64,000 nucleotides of DNA from an uncultured Clostridia bacterium (GTDB taxonomy: Bacteria > Bacillota > Clostridia > TANB77 > CAG-508): NCBI GenBank assembly GCA_947594845.1, contig CANQEI010000002.1, positions 17,753 to 81,752 on the forward strand, in the 5' to 3' direction. The notes under the pieces were generated by a model, which searched no databases, was not told where the DNA came from, and saw only the letters and a program-made list of their open reading frames with translations. Positions 49,040-58,340 of the stretch are shown here, in pieces. Both the position numbers and the translations under genes were made by a program. Position 1 is the stretch's first letter. Each line of letters begins with the position of its first letter.

Positions 49040-50401
49040 ATGAAATGTCCAAAATGTAATGCAGAAAACAAAGAAAATTCAAAATTCTGTATCAAATGTG
49101 GTGCAAATATCGCCGAAGAGTTAGCTAAAGTTAATAAAGAAGCAGCAAAAGTAGAAAAAGTAACAAGTGAAAAAGAAACAAAGAAAGAAGAAGAGAGCAA
49201 AAAGAAAAAAGAAAAAGAAGATAAGAAAAAGTTAGCAGAAATAAGAAAAAAAGAAAAGGAAAAATTAGAGGAAAAAATCAAAGAAGCAGAAAAAGCTGAG
49301 GCAATTAGACAAGCAAAACAAGAAGGAATTGAATTAGAAATTATAGATAGAGAACCTGAAAAAAATATAGAACAGCCAACAGAACAAAAGAAATTTACAA
49401 AAAAAGAGAATAATAAAGAAAAAAATAAAAAGGTTAAAAAGAAAAAAGTAGTTATAAAGAAAAATATTTTTCAAAGAATATTTAATAAATTATTATTCAT
49501 GATTATTATAGCTGCAATAATTATTGGTGCAGTATACTATTGCTATACACAAAAATTATTGCCAGAATTTATTCAAAAAGAAGTTGAGGATTTTGATTAT
49601 AAATTACAAAACGTAATAAATAATTACAAAGAGGTAGAAGCTAAAAAAGCAAATACAGAAGAAATAAACAATAATGAAGAATGGATAATAGATCCAACTG
49701 TTGAAGCTGATGACATAAAAGATTTAAACCAAGAGGTATCAGCTATAGTAAAAGATGGCAAATATGGAATTATAAACAATACCACTTCTGAAATTTTATT
49801 AGAGCCTAAATACACTAATATATATTATGGAGAATATTACGATATAGACAAAACTGAAGAAGAAAAAACAGAAGGAATTATTGTTAAAGATATTGAAAAA
49901 TTTTATAAAGTAGATTCTTCTTATAAAATTTCTACAGAAATTAATGTTTTACCAGAAGAAACAAAAAATACATATTTTTATGATCATCATGGAGAAAATG
50001 TATATGAAACAACAGCTACAGGAGAGACAACTAAATTTAAAACAAACAATTCAAAAGAACTAGAAGTTTGCACTGACATAGATTTAGTTACAACAGATGA
50101 TAACGCTGCTAGAAATGTTGATTTACCTGAAAAATTTGTAATAGACTTTGATAAATCAACAGTTACAACAAAAGGATATTTTGATACATCAACAGGTGAA
50201 CTTATTATAAACTGTGATTATGATGAGGCATATGAGTTTGTAGGAAGATATGCAGCAGTAAAATTTGAAAATAAAGCAGGAATAATAGATAAAGAAGGAA
50301 ATGAAGTTGTTGAATTAAAATATCAGGAAACAAGAAGTGTACATAATGGAACTGCTTTTGTAAAAAAGGATGGAAAGTGGGGCATTCTAAAGATTAAATA
50401 A
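49040..50401 (+). CDS. Zinc-ribbon, TM and WG-repeat protein
   Basis: CPKC...CIKCG N-terminus, charged helical region, one TM, repeats such as KDGKYGII and KDGKWGIL. Confidence 0.8.
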   Translation: MKCPKCNAENKENSKFCIKCGANIAEELAKVNKEAAKVEKVTSEKETKKEEESKKKKEKEDKKKLAEIRKKEKEKLEEKIKEAEKAEAIRQAKQEGIELEIIDREPEKNIEQPTEQKKFTKKENNKEKNKKVKKKKVVIKKNIFQRIFNKLLFMIIIAAIIIGAVYYCYTQKLLPEFIQKEVEDFDYKLQNVINNYKEVEAKKANTEEINNNEEWIIDPTVEADDIKDLNQEVSAIVKDGKYGIINNTTSEILLEPKYTNIYYGEYYDIDKTEEEKTEGIIVKDIEKFYKVDSSYKISTEINVLPEETKNTYFYDHHGENVYETTATGETTKFKTNNSKELEVCTDIDLVTTDDNAARNVDLPEKFVIDFDKSTVTTKGYFDTSTGELIINCDYDEAYEFVGRYAAVKFENKAGIIDKEGNEVVELKYQETRSVHNGTAFVKKDGKWGILKIK

Positions 50402-50480
50402 GATACGGAAGAATATGAAAAGATTTTAAAATTCATAGCAACAAGACTGAATTTGATAATAAATTACATATAAAACTATA

Positions 50481-50520
50481 AAAATGAGTGGGTTACTGAA
50501 CTTAAGTACCCACTCATTTT
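50481..50520 (+). terminator. Terminator of the mutS/WG-repeat gene run
   Basis: AAAATGAGTGGGT / ACCCACTCATTTT. Confidence 0.75.
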
Positions 50521-50641
50521 AGTATAAAAGAACAGGTCAAATAGGGCAAAAGTTGAAAAAAATCGAGAATTATGTTAATATATATGTATAACATAAGATT
50601 TTAAGCGTACTAGAGAATAAATCATCAAGGAGGTAGAGAGT

Positions 50642-50833
50642 ATGGAAAACTTTATACTAAAACTTGTAGCAACAATATGTGTAAGTATTATATCTTTTTC
50701 AATTGTTGTATCAAGAAAAGATGATATAGATTTATCAGCTATTTGCATAGCAACAATTTTTGAATTATTAGCATTGTTTATAATATATTTAGGCGAGAAT
50801 TTAATGAGTTTCATATTAACAAATATAATTTAA
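50642..50833 (+). CDS. Small 2-TM hypothetical membrane protein
   Basis: 63 aa; strong RBS AAGGAGGT; upstream promoter-like TTGAAA-17 nt-TAATAT; downstream terminator. Confidence 0.65.
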   Translation: MENFILKLVATICVSIISFSIVVSRKDDIDLSAICIATIFELLALFIIYLGENLMSFILTNII

Positions 50834-50842
50834 TAATAAAGT

Positions 50843-50873
50843 AAAAAGCAAGATTTTTAATCTTGCTTTTTTT
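50843..50873. terminator. Bidirectional terminator
   Basis: AAAAAGCAAGATT / AATCTTGCTTTTT. Confidence 0.75.
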
Positions 50874-52716
50874 ATATTTCAAGTGTAGGACTATATTTTT
50901 CTAACCACATATTTACTTGACAAAGATATGCCATAAGTTGAGGACCAGTCATTAATTGACCAAACCAAGGCCTAGAAAAGGCATTACCATCAGTAGCAAT
51001 AATTTCATTAATATATTTTTCATTTAAGATATTTTTAATAGGTGCATCAGGTTTTTTCATAATATCAGTTAATAAAGTTTTTACAGCTTTCAAATAAGTA
51101 GGATTATGTGTTTTAGGATATGGACTCTTTTTTCGCTCAATAATTTCTTTAGGCAGAATATTTCTAACAACATATCTAAGTAATCCTTTTTCTCTTCCAT
51201 TTAAAGCTTTGTCTTCCCAAGGAACATTCCACATATATTGTACTAATCTATAATCACAAAATGGGACTCTAACTTCTAATCCATGAGACATAGACATTCT
51301 ATCAGTTCTATCTAACAGAGTTTGCATCCACCAATTTAATGTTAAATAAGATATTTTTCGTTTTTCCTTAGTTTCATCAGAATCGTCTTCAAGAAAATCA
51401 ATTTCATTTAAAGATTGATTATATCTACAATCAATATATTCTTTAAGATTTATTTTTGTTGCTATATCGGGATTCAATAAATTTTGTCTTTCAGAAATTG
51501 CAATTGACCATGGAAATGTGTTACTTTTTAGAGCATCCTCTCTAAAAAACCAAGGATAACCAGCAAAAACTTCATCAGAGCATTCGCCAGATAAAACAAC
51601 ACTAACCTCTTTTTTTATTTCTTTACAGAATAAATAAAAAGAAGAATCGACATCTGCCATTCCAGGCATATCACGAGCAATCATAGCATCCTTTAAAGAA
51701 CTAGCTAAAGCTGGAGTATCAAGAATAATTCTAGAATGATTACAATTAAATTTATTCAGCATAAGGTCTATAAACTCATTATCTGAATTAGGCTGAAAGT
51801 CAGATTTTGTAAAGTTTATATCATTATCAACATAGTCTACAGAAAAGGTTTTAAATTTTTCTGGACAATCCTTAAAATATTTACTAGCATATGCTGTAAT
51901 AATACTAGAATCTAAGCCACCAGAAAGCATCATTCCTAAAGGAACGTCAGAAACAAGCTGCTTTGAAATACTGTCTTCAAGATAGTAACGAATAGTATCA
52001 CAGGTTTTTCCAAAATTATCAGTATGAGGTTCAGTTTTTAATTTAAAATATTGCTCCATTTTTAAACCATTTGAATCAAAAACAGCAAAATAACCAGGTT
52101 TTAGCTCATTAATATCTTTGAATGGAGTAAGACCAGGAGTATGAGCAGGACCAATACCAAATAATTCATATATCCCATAATCATTTATTATAGGTGAGAT
52201 TTCCGGATGTTTTAAAATTGATTTAATTTCAGAAGCAAATATAAAATTATTATTTTTATAAGTATAGAAAAATGGCTTTATACCAAAATGATCGCGAGCC
52301 ATAAATAATTCTTTTTTATTAGAATCCCAAATAGCAAAAGCAAAAATGCCATTTAAATGTTTTACAATGTTGTAGCCAAAATGAACATAAGCTTTTAATA
52401 AAATTTCTGTATCGCAATGCCCTTGAAAAGAAAACCCGTTTTCTAAAAGTATTTCTTTTAATTCAGAAGTATTATAAATTTGACCATTATAGACAATAGT
52501 ATATGTATTATTTTGAAAAGAAAATTGCATAGGTTGTGAACCATTTTCTGGGTCAATTACAATTAATCTTCTATGACCTAAATTTATATTAACATCCGTA
52601 AAAAAACCAACTTCATCAGGACCACGAGAAGTTAATATAGCAGTCATGTCATTAATAACATCATAATTTTTGGAAATGTTTTTAGAATAATTTACAATTC
52701 CACAAATACCACACAT
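50872..52716 (-). CDS. asnB: Asparagine synthase, glutamine-hydrolysing (AsnO-like)
   Basis: MCGICG Ntn start, RGPD, GHRRL, RDHFGIKP, LSGGLDSS, SGECSDE, EVRVPF. Confidence 0.95.
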   Translation of the reverse strand: MCGICGIVNYSKNISKNYDVINDMTAILTSRGPDEVGFFTDVNINLGHRRLIVIDPENGSQPMQFSFQNNTYTIVYNGQIYNTSELKEILLENGFSFQGHCDTEILLKAYVHFGYNIVKHLNGIFAFAIWDSNKKELFMARDHFGIKPFFYTYKNNNFIFASEIKSILKHPEISPIINDYGIYELFGIGPAHTPGLTPFKDINELKPGYFAVFDSNGLKMEQYFKLKTEPHTDNFGKTCDTIRYYLEDSISKQLVSDVPLGMMLSGGLDSSIITAYASKYFKDCPEKFKTFSVDYVDNDINFTKSDFQPNSDNEFIDLMLNKFNCNHSRIILDTPALASSLKDAMIARDMPGMADVDSSFYLFCKEIKKEVSVVLSGECSDEVFAGYPWFFREDALKSNTFPWSIAISERQNLLNPDIATKINLKEYIDCRYNQSLNEIDFLEDDSDETKEKRKISYLTLNWWMQTLLDRTDRMSMSHGLEVRVPFCDYRLVQYMWNVPWEDKALNGREKGLLRYVVRNILPKEIIERKKSPYPKTHNPTYLKAVKTLLTDIMKKPDAPIKNILNEKYINEIIATDGNAFSRPWFGQLMTGPQLMAYLCQVNMWLEKYSPTLEI

Positions 52717-52751
52717 AAAATTCATCCTTTCAACTAGATAATTCATTAATA

Positions 52752-52780
52752 AATATATGCAATAGAAGAAAAAAATATGA
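52752..52780 (-). promoter_or_regulatory. SigE-like promoter of asnB/asnO
   Basis: Minus strand TCATATT-14 nt-CATATATT fits ATA-16-CATAnanT; Bacillus asnO is SigE-dependent. Confidence 0.5.
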
Positions 52781-52795
52781 TAAAAAATCGTTTTG

Positions 52796-52824
52796 TTGAC
52801 AAAAGATTCTAAAAGTATTATAAT
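52796..52824 (+). promoter_or_regulatory. Consensus SigA promoter of typA
   Basis: TTGACA-17 nt-TATAAT. Confidence 0.8.
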
Positions 52825-52839
52825 ATTCACATATTTTTA

Positions 52840-52862
52840 TAGGGCGTAGGAACTACGCCCTA
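52840..52862 (+). promoter_or_regulatory. GC-rich hairpin in typA 5' leader
   Basis: TAGGGCGTAG-GAA-CTACGCCCTA perfect 10-bp stem; no U-tract after it on either strand. Confidence 0.6.
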
Positions 52863-52900
52863 ATAATGTGTATAAAGGGATAAAGATAGGAGTTATAACA

Positions 52901-54721
52901 ATGAATAACGAAAAGATTAGAAATGTAGCCATAATTGCACACGTTGATCACGGAAAAACAACATTAGTTGATGCTATGCTTAAACAAAGTGGTATATTTA
53001 GAGAAAATGAACAAGTTGCTGAAAGAGTAATGGATTCAAATGACCTTGAAAAAGAAAGAGGAATTACAATACTTTCAAAAAATACAGCTGTTCATTATAA
53101 AGACATAAAAATAAATATAGTTGATACACCAGGTCATGCTGATTTTGGCGGTGAAGTTGAACGTGTTTTAAAAATGGTTGATGGAGTAGTTTTATTAGTT
53201 GATGCTTTTGAGGGAGCAATGCCACAAACAAGAGAAGTTTTAAAGAAATCTTTAGCATTAAATTTAAAACCAATTGTTGTTATAAATAAAATAGATAGAC
53301 CAGGAGCTAGACCAGAAAAGGTTGTTGATGAAGTTTTAGACTTATTTATAGAATTAAATGCAAACGATGACCAACTAGACTTCCCTGTTGTATATGCATC
53401 TGGAAAACAAGGTACAGCTAGCTTAGATGTTACAAAACAAGATGAAAACTTAGAATGTCTATTTGAGACTATTGTGAATTCAATAAATCCACCAGCTTGT
53501 GATCAAGATGGACCAATGCAAATGCTAGTTTCTAATATAGATTACGATGACTATGTTGGAAGAATTGCGGTTGGTAGAGTTGAAAGAGGAACAGTTAAAC
53601 TTGGAATGCCAGTAACAATATGCAAAAAAGATGATAAGACAGAAAGTGCAAGAGTTACAAAATTATACACTTATGACGGATTAAAAAGAATTGAAGTTGA
53701 AGAAGCTTCAGCTGGAGATATTATATGTATGTCAGGAATTGCTGATATAAATATTGGAGATACAATATGCGACTATGAACACCCTGAAAAAATACCTTTT
53801 GTAGATATTGACGAACCAACAGTATCAATGACATTCAGTGTAAATAATGGACCATTAGCAGGAAGAGAAGGACAATATATAACTTCTAGACATATTAGAG
53901 ATAGATTATTTAAGGAATTAGACAGAAATGTTTCACTAAGAGTAAGAGAAACAGATTCACCAGATTCATTTGAAGTATCAGGTAGAGGTGAATTACATTT
54001 ATCTGTTTTAATTGAAACAATGAGAAGAGAAGGATTTGAACTATTAGTTTCAAGACCAAAAGTTATTATAAAAGAAATTAATGGCGAAAAATGTGAACCT
54101 ATTGAAAGACTTGTTGTAAACGTTCCAGATGATTGCATAGGTAACGTTATTGAAAAGCTTGGAAAAAGAAAAGCAGAAATGGTTAATATGGAACCTGCTG
54201 AAGATGGACATACAAAAGTTGAATTTAAAATACCAGCAAGAGGTCTTATTGGATATAGAACAGAATTCTTAACAGATACAAAAGGAAATGGAACTATGAA
54301 CTCAATATTTGATTCATATGAACCATACAAAGGTGAAGTTATATCAAGAACTAGAGGAACAATAGTTGCTTTTGAAGCTGGTAAATCAATTACTTATGGA
54401 CTTTATAATGCACAAGATAAAGGTGATTTATTTATAGGACCAGGTGTTGAAGTATATGAAGGAATGATAGTTGGAATCAATTCAAGACCAGAAGATTTAG
54501 CAATAAATGTATGCAAAGAAAAACATTTAACAAATACTAGAGCATCAGGTTCTGATGATGCATTAAGATTAGTTCCACCAATTCAAATGAGTTTAGAGAA
54601 AGCAATCGAATTTATCCAAGATGATGAACTTGTTGAGGTAACACCTTTAAATATTAGATTAAGAAAGAAAATCCTAGATACAAAGGAAAGAGAGAGAGCT
54701 GCTAGAAACAGTAATAAATAA
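52901..54721 (+). CDS. typA: Translational GTPase TypA/BipA
   Basis: IAHVDHGKTT, ERGITIL, DTPGHADFGGEVER, NKID, GRGELHL, RLRKK; RBS AGGAG favours ATG 52901. Confidence 0.98.
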   Translation: MNNEKIRNVAIIAHVDHGKTTLVDAMLKQSGIFRENEQVAERVMDSNDLEKERGITILSKNTAVHYKDIKINIVDTPGHADFGGEVERVLKMVDGVVLLVDAFEGAMPQTREVLKKSLALNLKPIVVINKIDRPGARPEKVVDEVLDLFIELNANDDQLDFPVVYASGKQGTASLDVTKQDENLECLFETIVNSINPPACDQDGPMQMLVSNIDYDDYVGRIAVGRVERGTVKLGMPVTICKKDDKTESARVTKLYTYDGLKRIEVEEASAGDIICMSGIADINIGDTICDYEHPEKIPFVDIDEPTVSMTFSVNNGPLAGREGQYITSRHIRDRLFKELDRNVSLRVRETDSPDSFEVSGRGELHLSVLIETMRREGFELLVSRPKVIIKEINGEKCEPIERLVVNVPDDCIGNVIEKLGKRKAEMVNMEPAEDGHTKVEFKIPARGLIGYRTEFLTDTKGNGTMNSIFDSYEPYKGEVISRTRGTIVAFEAGKSITYGLYNAQDKGDLFIGPGVEVYEGMIVGINSRPEDLAINVCKEKHLTNTRASGSDDALRLVPPIQMSLEKAIEFIQDDELVEVTPLNIRLRKKILDTKERERAARNSNK

Positions 54722-54724
54722 TAC

Positions 54725-54751
54725 AAAAGGCTTAGTTTATCTAAGCCTTTT
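54725..54751 (+). terminator. Terminator after typA
   Basis: AAAAGGCTTAG / CTAAGCCTTTT. Confidence 0.75.
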
Positions 54752-54791
54752 ATGATATAATAAAGTTCAATTACTTTTGAAGAGGATAGAA

Positions 54792-55985
54792 ATGAAAAAA
54801 ATATTCAAGAATGCGTTTTTTGATACACTTTTATTTTTAGCAATATATTTAATATCATATTTTATATTAAAACACTTTAATTTAATATTTATGCAATGGA
54901 TTAGAGATTTAGCTTGTCTTGCAATTTCTATTGGATTTATTTTAGGATTAATACAAATAAATATAAAACTTAGCAAAAAGAACATAGTGCTTTGCGTTAT
55001 AGTGTGGCTTTTATTTTCGTTTATAATTATTGCAATGGCAGTAGTAGGTCTATTTTATATGATATTTATTTATGATTCTGAGTGCATTTCAAATTATGAA
55101 GGAAGAAAAATGGTACAAGAAACAAGAAATGTATTGAAAATTAATTATATCAACTATTACGACTATATGAACCCTTTTGTTAGAAGCAGACAAAAAAGAG
55201 TAAAAGTACAGTATGATGATGCAATAGCCGAAGATGAATATGCAGGAACAACTTATTATAATGAAAAAGGTGAAGAAGTTGAAGATATTAATGGTACAGA
55301 ATATGTTGATCTAACAGCATTAAAATCATTCACAATAGGGGAAAAAAATAATAGATATGAAAACGTTAAGGAAGTTTTAGAACATACTAAAGAAAATTAT
55401 TGTGGAAACTATTGTGATATAGAATCTAAAGAATTTACATTGTATATATTTTTTTCTAATAATCCTCAAAAAATAGTAAATGATGAAAGCAAAGATAGAA
55501 TAAACAAGATTATTGATACATTTTTGAAAAATCAAAAAGAAAATAGTATTTATCGTATATATATTGATACTGGAGAAATACGAATAGTAAATATAGAAAC
55601 TGATAGTATTTATAATAGTGACCAAAATAGAACAATGTACATTGATGCGAATGATGAAGAAGGCATACTTGACTATTGTAAGAAGGAGATTGGTAATTTC
55701 AGTAATGCAGAAGATACACAAGGAAGGAAAATACTTATTAGTTACAAGGAGAGTTTGTATAAAACTTCATATATCGAAATTATATATAAGCCCTTTATAA
55801 GTAAAGAAAAACAATCTGAAGATAGCGAAGCTATTGGAAATGTTGGATATTATGAATATTATGTAGATGGAGAATTAAAAGGTATTTATTATGTTCCTGA
55901 CTGGAAAATTAATGTTTCTGAAAATAATGGAAAATTACATATGTATTTTAGTTCAAAAGATAATTCCGTAGAAATTTTTAAATAA
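54792..55985 (+). CDS. Hypothetical membrane protein (3 N-terminal TM plus soluble domain)
   Basis: RBS GAGG before ATG 54792; no family recognised. Confidence 0.7.
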   Translation: MKKIFKNAFFDTLLFLAIYLISYFILKHFNLIFMQWIRDLACLAISIGFILGLIQINIKLSKKNIVLCVIVWLLFSFIIIAMAVVGLFYMIFIYDSECISNYEGRKMVQETRNVLKINYINYYDYMNPFVRSRQKRVKVQYDDAIAEDEYAGTTYYNEKGEEVEDINGTEYVDLTALKSFTIGEKNNRYENVKEVLEHTKENYCGNYCDIESKEFTLYIFFSNNPQKIVNDESKDRINKIIDTFLKNQKENSIYRIYIDTGEIRIVNIETDSIYNSDQNRTMYIDANDEEGILDYCKKEIGNFSNAEDTQGRKILISYKESLYKTSYIEIIYKPFISKEKQSEDSEAIGNVGYYEYYVDGELKGIYYVPDWKINVSENNGKLHMYFSSKDNSVEIFK

Positions 55986-56009
55986 ACTAATAAAAATACT
56001 TTTGACACT

Positions 56010-56061
56010 ATATTACGTAGATGGAGAATTAAAAGGAAAATACTACTATAACTATATGTGA
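56010..56061 (+). pseudogene. Relic of paralogous C-terminus (YYVDGELKGKYYYNYM*)
   Basis: 56010-56036 matches 55856-55882 at 26/27 nt; further differences mostly synonymous. Confidence 0.55.
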
Positions 56062-56093
56062 GTTTATGAAATAAAAAAAAATAGGAGATAAAA

Positions 56094-56684
56094 ATGTTTA
56101 ATGATAAAGTTTTGGAAGAAGTAAAGAAAAAGGCATTAGAAGACCATATTCCAATAATAATGGATGATACATTAGAAAAAATAAAAGAAATATTAAATGA
56201 AGAAAAGCCAAAAAGAATATTGGAAATAGGAACTGCTGTTGGATATTCTGCAAGTCAATTTGCAAAATTCACAGACGATGATTGTATTATAGATACAATT
56301 GAAATTGACGAAGAAAGAGCTAAAGAAGCGCAAAATAACATTAAAGAAATAGGAATAGAAGACAGAATACATATTATAGTTGGAAATGCAGTCGATATAT
56401 TGCCAACTATAAATGAAAAATATGATGTTATTTTTATTGATGCTGCAAAAGGAAAATATCCGATATTTTTAGAGTATGGAATAAAATTAATAAAACCAGG
56501 TGGATTAATATTAGCAGACAATATTCTATATAAAGGATATGTAATGAGTGATTATAACAAGCATAAACAAAGAACAGCAGTTAGACATTTAAGAGAGTTT
56601 ATTAAAGAAGTAACTGAAAATGAAAAACTAGAAACTGAAATATTAGAAATAGGAGATGGACTTTCTATAACGAGAGTTAATTAA
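56094..56684 (+). CDS. trmR: O-methyltransferase, TrmR/YrrM-like (tRNA ho5U methylation)
   Basis: HIPII, ILEIGTAVGYS, IFIDAAKGKY, ADNILYKG, IGDG; near a U32 gene. Confidence 0.82.
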   Translation: MFNDKVLEEVKKKALEDHIPIIMDDTLEKIKEILNEEKPKRILEIGTAVGYSASQFAKFTDDDCIIDTIEIDEERAKEAQNNIKEIGIEDRIHIIVGNAVDILPTINEKYDVIFIDAAKGKYPIFLEYGIKLIKPGGLILADNILYKGYVMSDYNKHKQRTAVRHLREFIKEVTENEKLETEILEIGDGLSITRVN

Positions 56685-56697
56685 TAAAAAATAAATG

Positions 56698-56729
56698 AAA
56701 AAACGGATGGAAAAAACACCATCCGCTTT
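56698..56729. terminator. Bidirectional terminator at end of GC-rich orphan
   Basis: CGGATGG / CCATCCG stem with T-rich tails on both strands. Confidence 0.7.
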
Positions 56730-56765
56730 CCTTTTTTGGCTACATTTAGCCTAGTCGAGAACCTC

Positions 56766-57095
56766 TTAGAGCAGATAAACGTTGCTGATTGGAACACCAA
56801 CATCGGTTTCACGATGAGTGGGCACGATTGCGATGAACTGTTCAGAATAATCAACAGCATCAAACCCGGTTTTGACGGTATGGTATTTGCCGCCCTGGAT
56901 ATAGATAGTATTAATACTGCACAAGTCTGGGTCATCTAAACTGTTATCATTCTTTGCAACCTGAAAGCTCTTAACGTTTCCACCGTGTCGTCTCCAAATT
57001 CTAATAAGCATCTCTTTATCTTCGATTGGTATTACGGTATCAAATTCCTTCTCAAGAGATTCAATAAACCGCTTTTCATGATGCTGCAACTTCAA
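56766..57095 (-). CDS. Orphan soluble protein, anomalously GC-rich
   Basis: RBS AAAGGAG 8 nt before TTG 57095 (track starts at GTG 57104); TTGTTT..TATGAT promoter-like sequence; sampled lines 33-45% GC. Confidence 0.65.
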   Translation of the reverse strand: MKLQHHEKRFIESLEKEFDTVIPIEDKEMLIRIWRRHGGNVKSFQVAKNDNSLDDPDLCSINTIYIQGGKYHTVKTGFDAVDYSEQFIAIVPTHRETDVGVPISNVYLL

Positions 57096-57202
57096 GAGAT
57101 TCACTCCTTTCTATACAGGATATAAATAATATATCATAAAAATCCCATTAAAACAAGTAATTGAAAGAATAATTTACATAATATAAACAAAATATAAAAA
57201 GA

Positions 57203-57227
57203 AAGATATAGGATATTCCTATATCTT
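57203..57227 (-). terminator. Terminator of ppaC
   Basis: AAGATATAGGA / TCCTATATCTT with T-rich tail on the minus strand. Confidence 0.7.
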
Positions 57228-57248
57228 CCGAAAAAAATTTATTTATTT

Positions 57249-58175
57249 TTATTCTGCATTAGAAGTAAGAACAGGAATAACTTGTTTCTTTCTTGAAACT
57301 ATTCCTTTTAAAAATGCAGTATTATTTTCTAATTTTACTGAATATGATTTTTCAACTAAATTAGCATGTGAACCTAAAACAATAGCTTGAGAATTACTAT
57401 TAATAATATCAGTAATTAATAACAAATCTAAATCTAAACCTAAAGATTCAACATCTTTATTCATAGCTTCTTCTAATTTTGCTTTTCTTGTCATTACTTC
57501 ATCTATATCAGCAGTATTTACTTGAGAAATTTTTGCTTTAATTTTATCAGCAATTGTAACAACTTTAGCATCTAGATTAACTAATTCTTCTTCAGAGAAA
57601 GAAGATAAGTCAGTTCCAGCTTTAAGCATAGCTAATCCATAAGAGTTAATATCAGTATTAGAAATTTTTGCAAGTTTCTCAGCAGTTGTTCTATCTAAGT
57701 CAGTACAAGTTGGTGATTTGAATAGTAATGTATCAGAAATAATAGCACTTAACATTAATCCGGCAACATCAACAGGAATTGCTATATTATTTTGTTCAAA
57801 TAATTTATAAAGGATTGTACAAGTACATCCTACTGGTTCTGCATAATAATATAAAGGATCAGCTGTTTGAAAATTAGAAATTCTATGATGATCAACAACC
57901 ATATATATATGAGCTTTCTCAATATTTTCAACTGATTGATCTGCTTCATTATGATCAACTAAAACAATATTATCATTTTCAGTTACTGATGAAAGCAATT
58001 CAGGAGCACCAATTTTAAAATGATTTAAAGCGTATTCTGTTTCTTTAGAAATATTTCCAAGTCTACGAGGCTCAGCAACATTTCCTAGCTTGGTTTGTAA
58101 AAATGCCATAGCAATGCTAGATGCTATAGAATCTGTATCAGGACTTTTATGTCCAAAAACTAATAATTTTTCCAT
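57249..58175 (-). CDS. ppaC: Manganese-dependent inorganic pyrophosphatase
   Basis: FGHKSPDTDS, LVDHN, VDHH (DHH), AIISDTLLFKSPT, VSRKKQ. Confidence 0.97.
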   Translation of the reverse strand: MEKLLVFGHKSPDTDSIASSIAMAFLQTKLGNVAEPRRLGNISKETEYALNHFKIGAPELLSSVTENDNIVLVDHNEADQSVENIEKAHIYMVVDHHRISNFQTADPLYYYAEPVGCTCTILYKLFEQNNIAIPVDVAGLMLSAIISDTLLFKSPTCTDLDRTTAEKLAKISNTDINSYGLAMLKAGTDLSSFSEEELVNLDAKVVTIADKIKAKISQVNTADIDEVMTRKAKLEEAMNKDVESLGLDLDLLLITDIINSNSQAIVLGSHANLVEKSYSVKLENNTAFLKGIVSRKKQVIPVLTSNAE

Positions 58176-58340
58176 ATAAATTACTCCATTCTTTTTAAAA
58201 AATCTAGGAATATATTATAATATTTTGGAAATTAAATCAACTATTTTTATTAATATAGGAAAAATAAACCATTTCAGACTAGCTTTTAACCGTTATATAT
58301 GATATATTATTTATGTTAAAAATTAGAAAGGGAAAAATAC

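Noticed and set aside
52717-52830. N-terminal extensions in the ORF track (asnB, also glgP, typA, ackA2, rqcH, TraX-like, HAD)
   Set aside because: RBS position and family starts (e.g. Ntn MCG) indicate the downstream ATG.
55856-56061. DGR template/variable repeat pair
   Set aside because: Too short, differences include C/T changes at non-adenine positions, and no reverse transcriptase in the window.
56681-56939. Overlapping alternative ORFs 56681-56935 (-) and 56736-56939 (+), and 21583-21998 (+)
   Set aside because: No RBS or promoter support; extra open frames are expected in GC-richer DNA.
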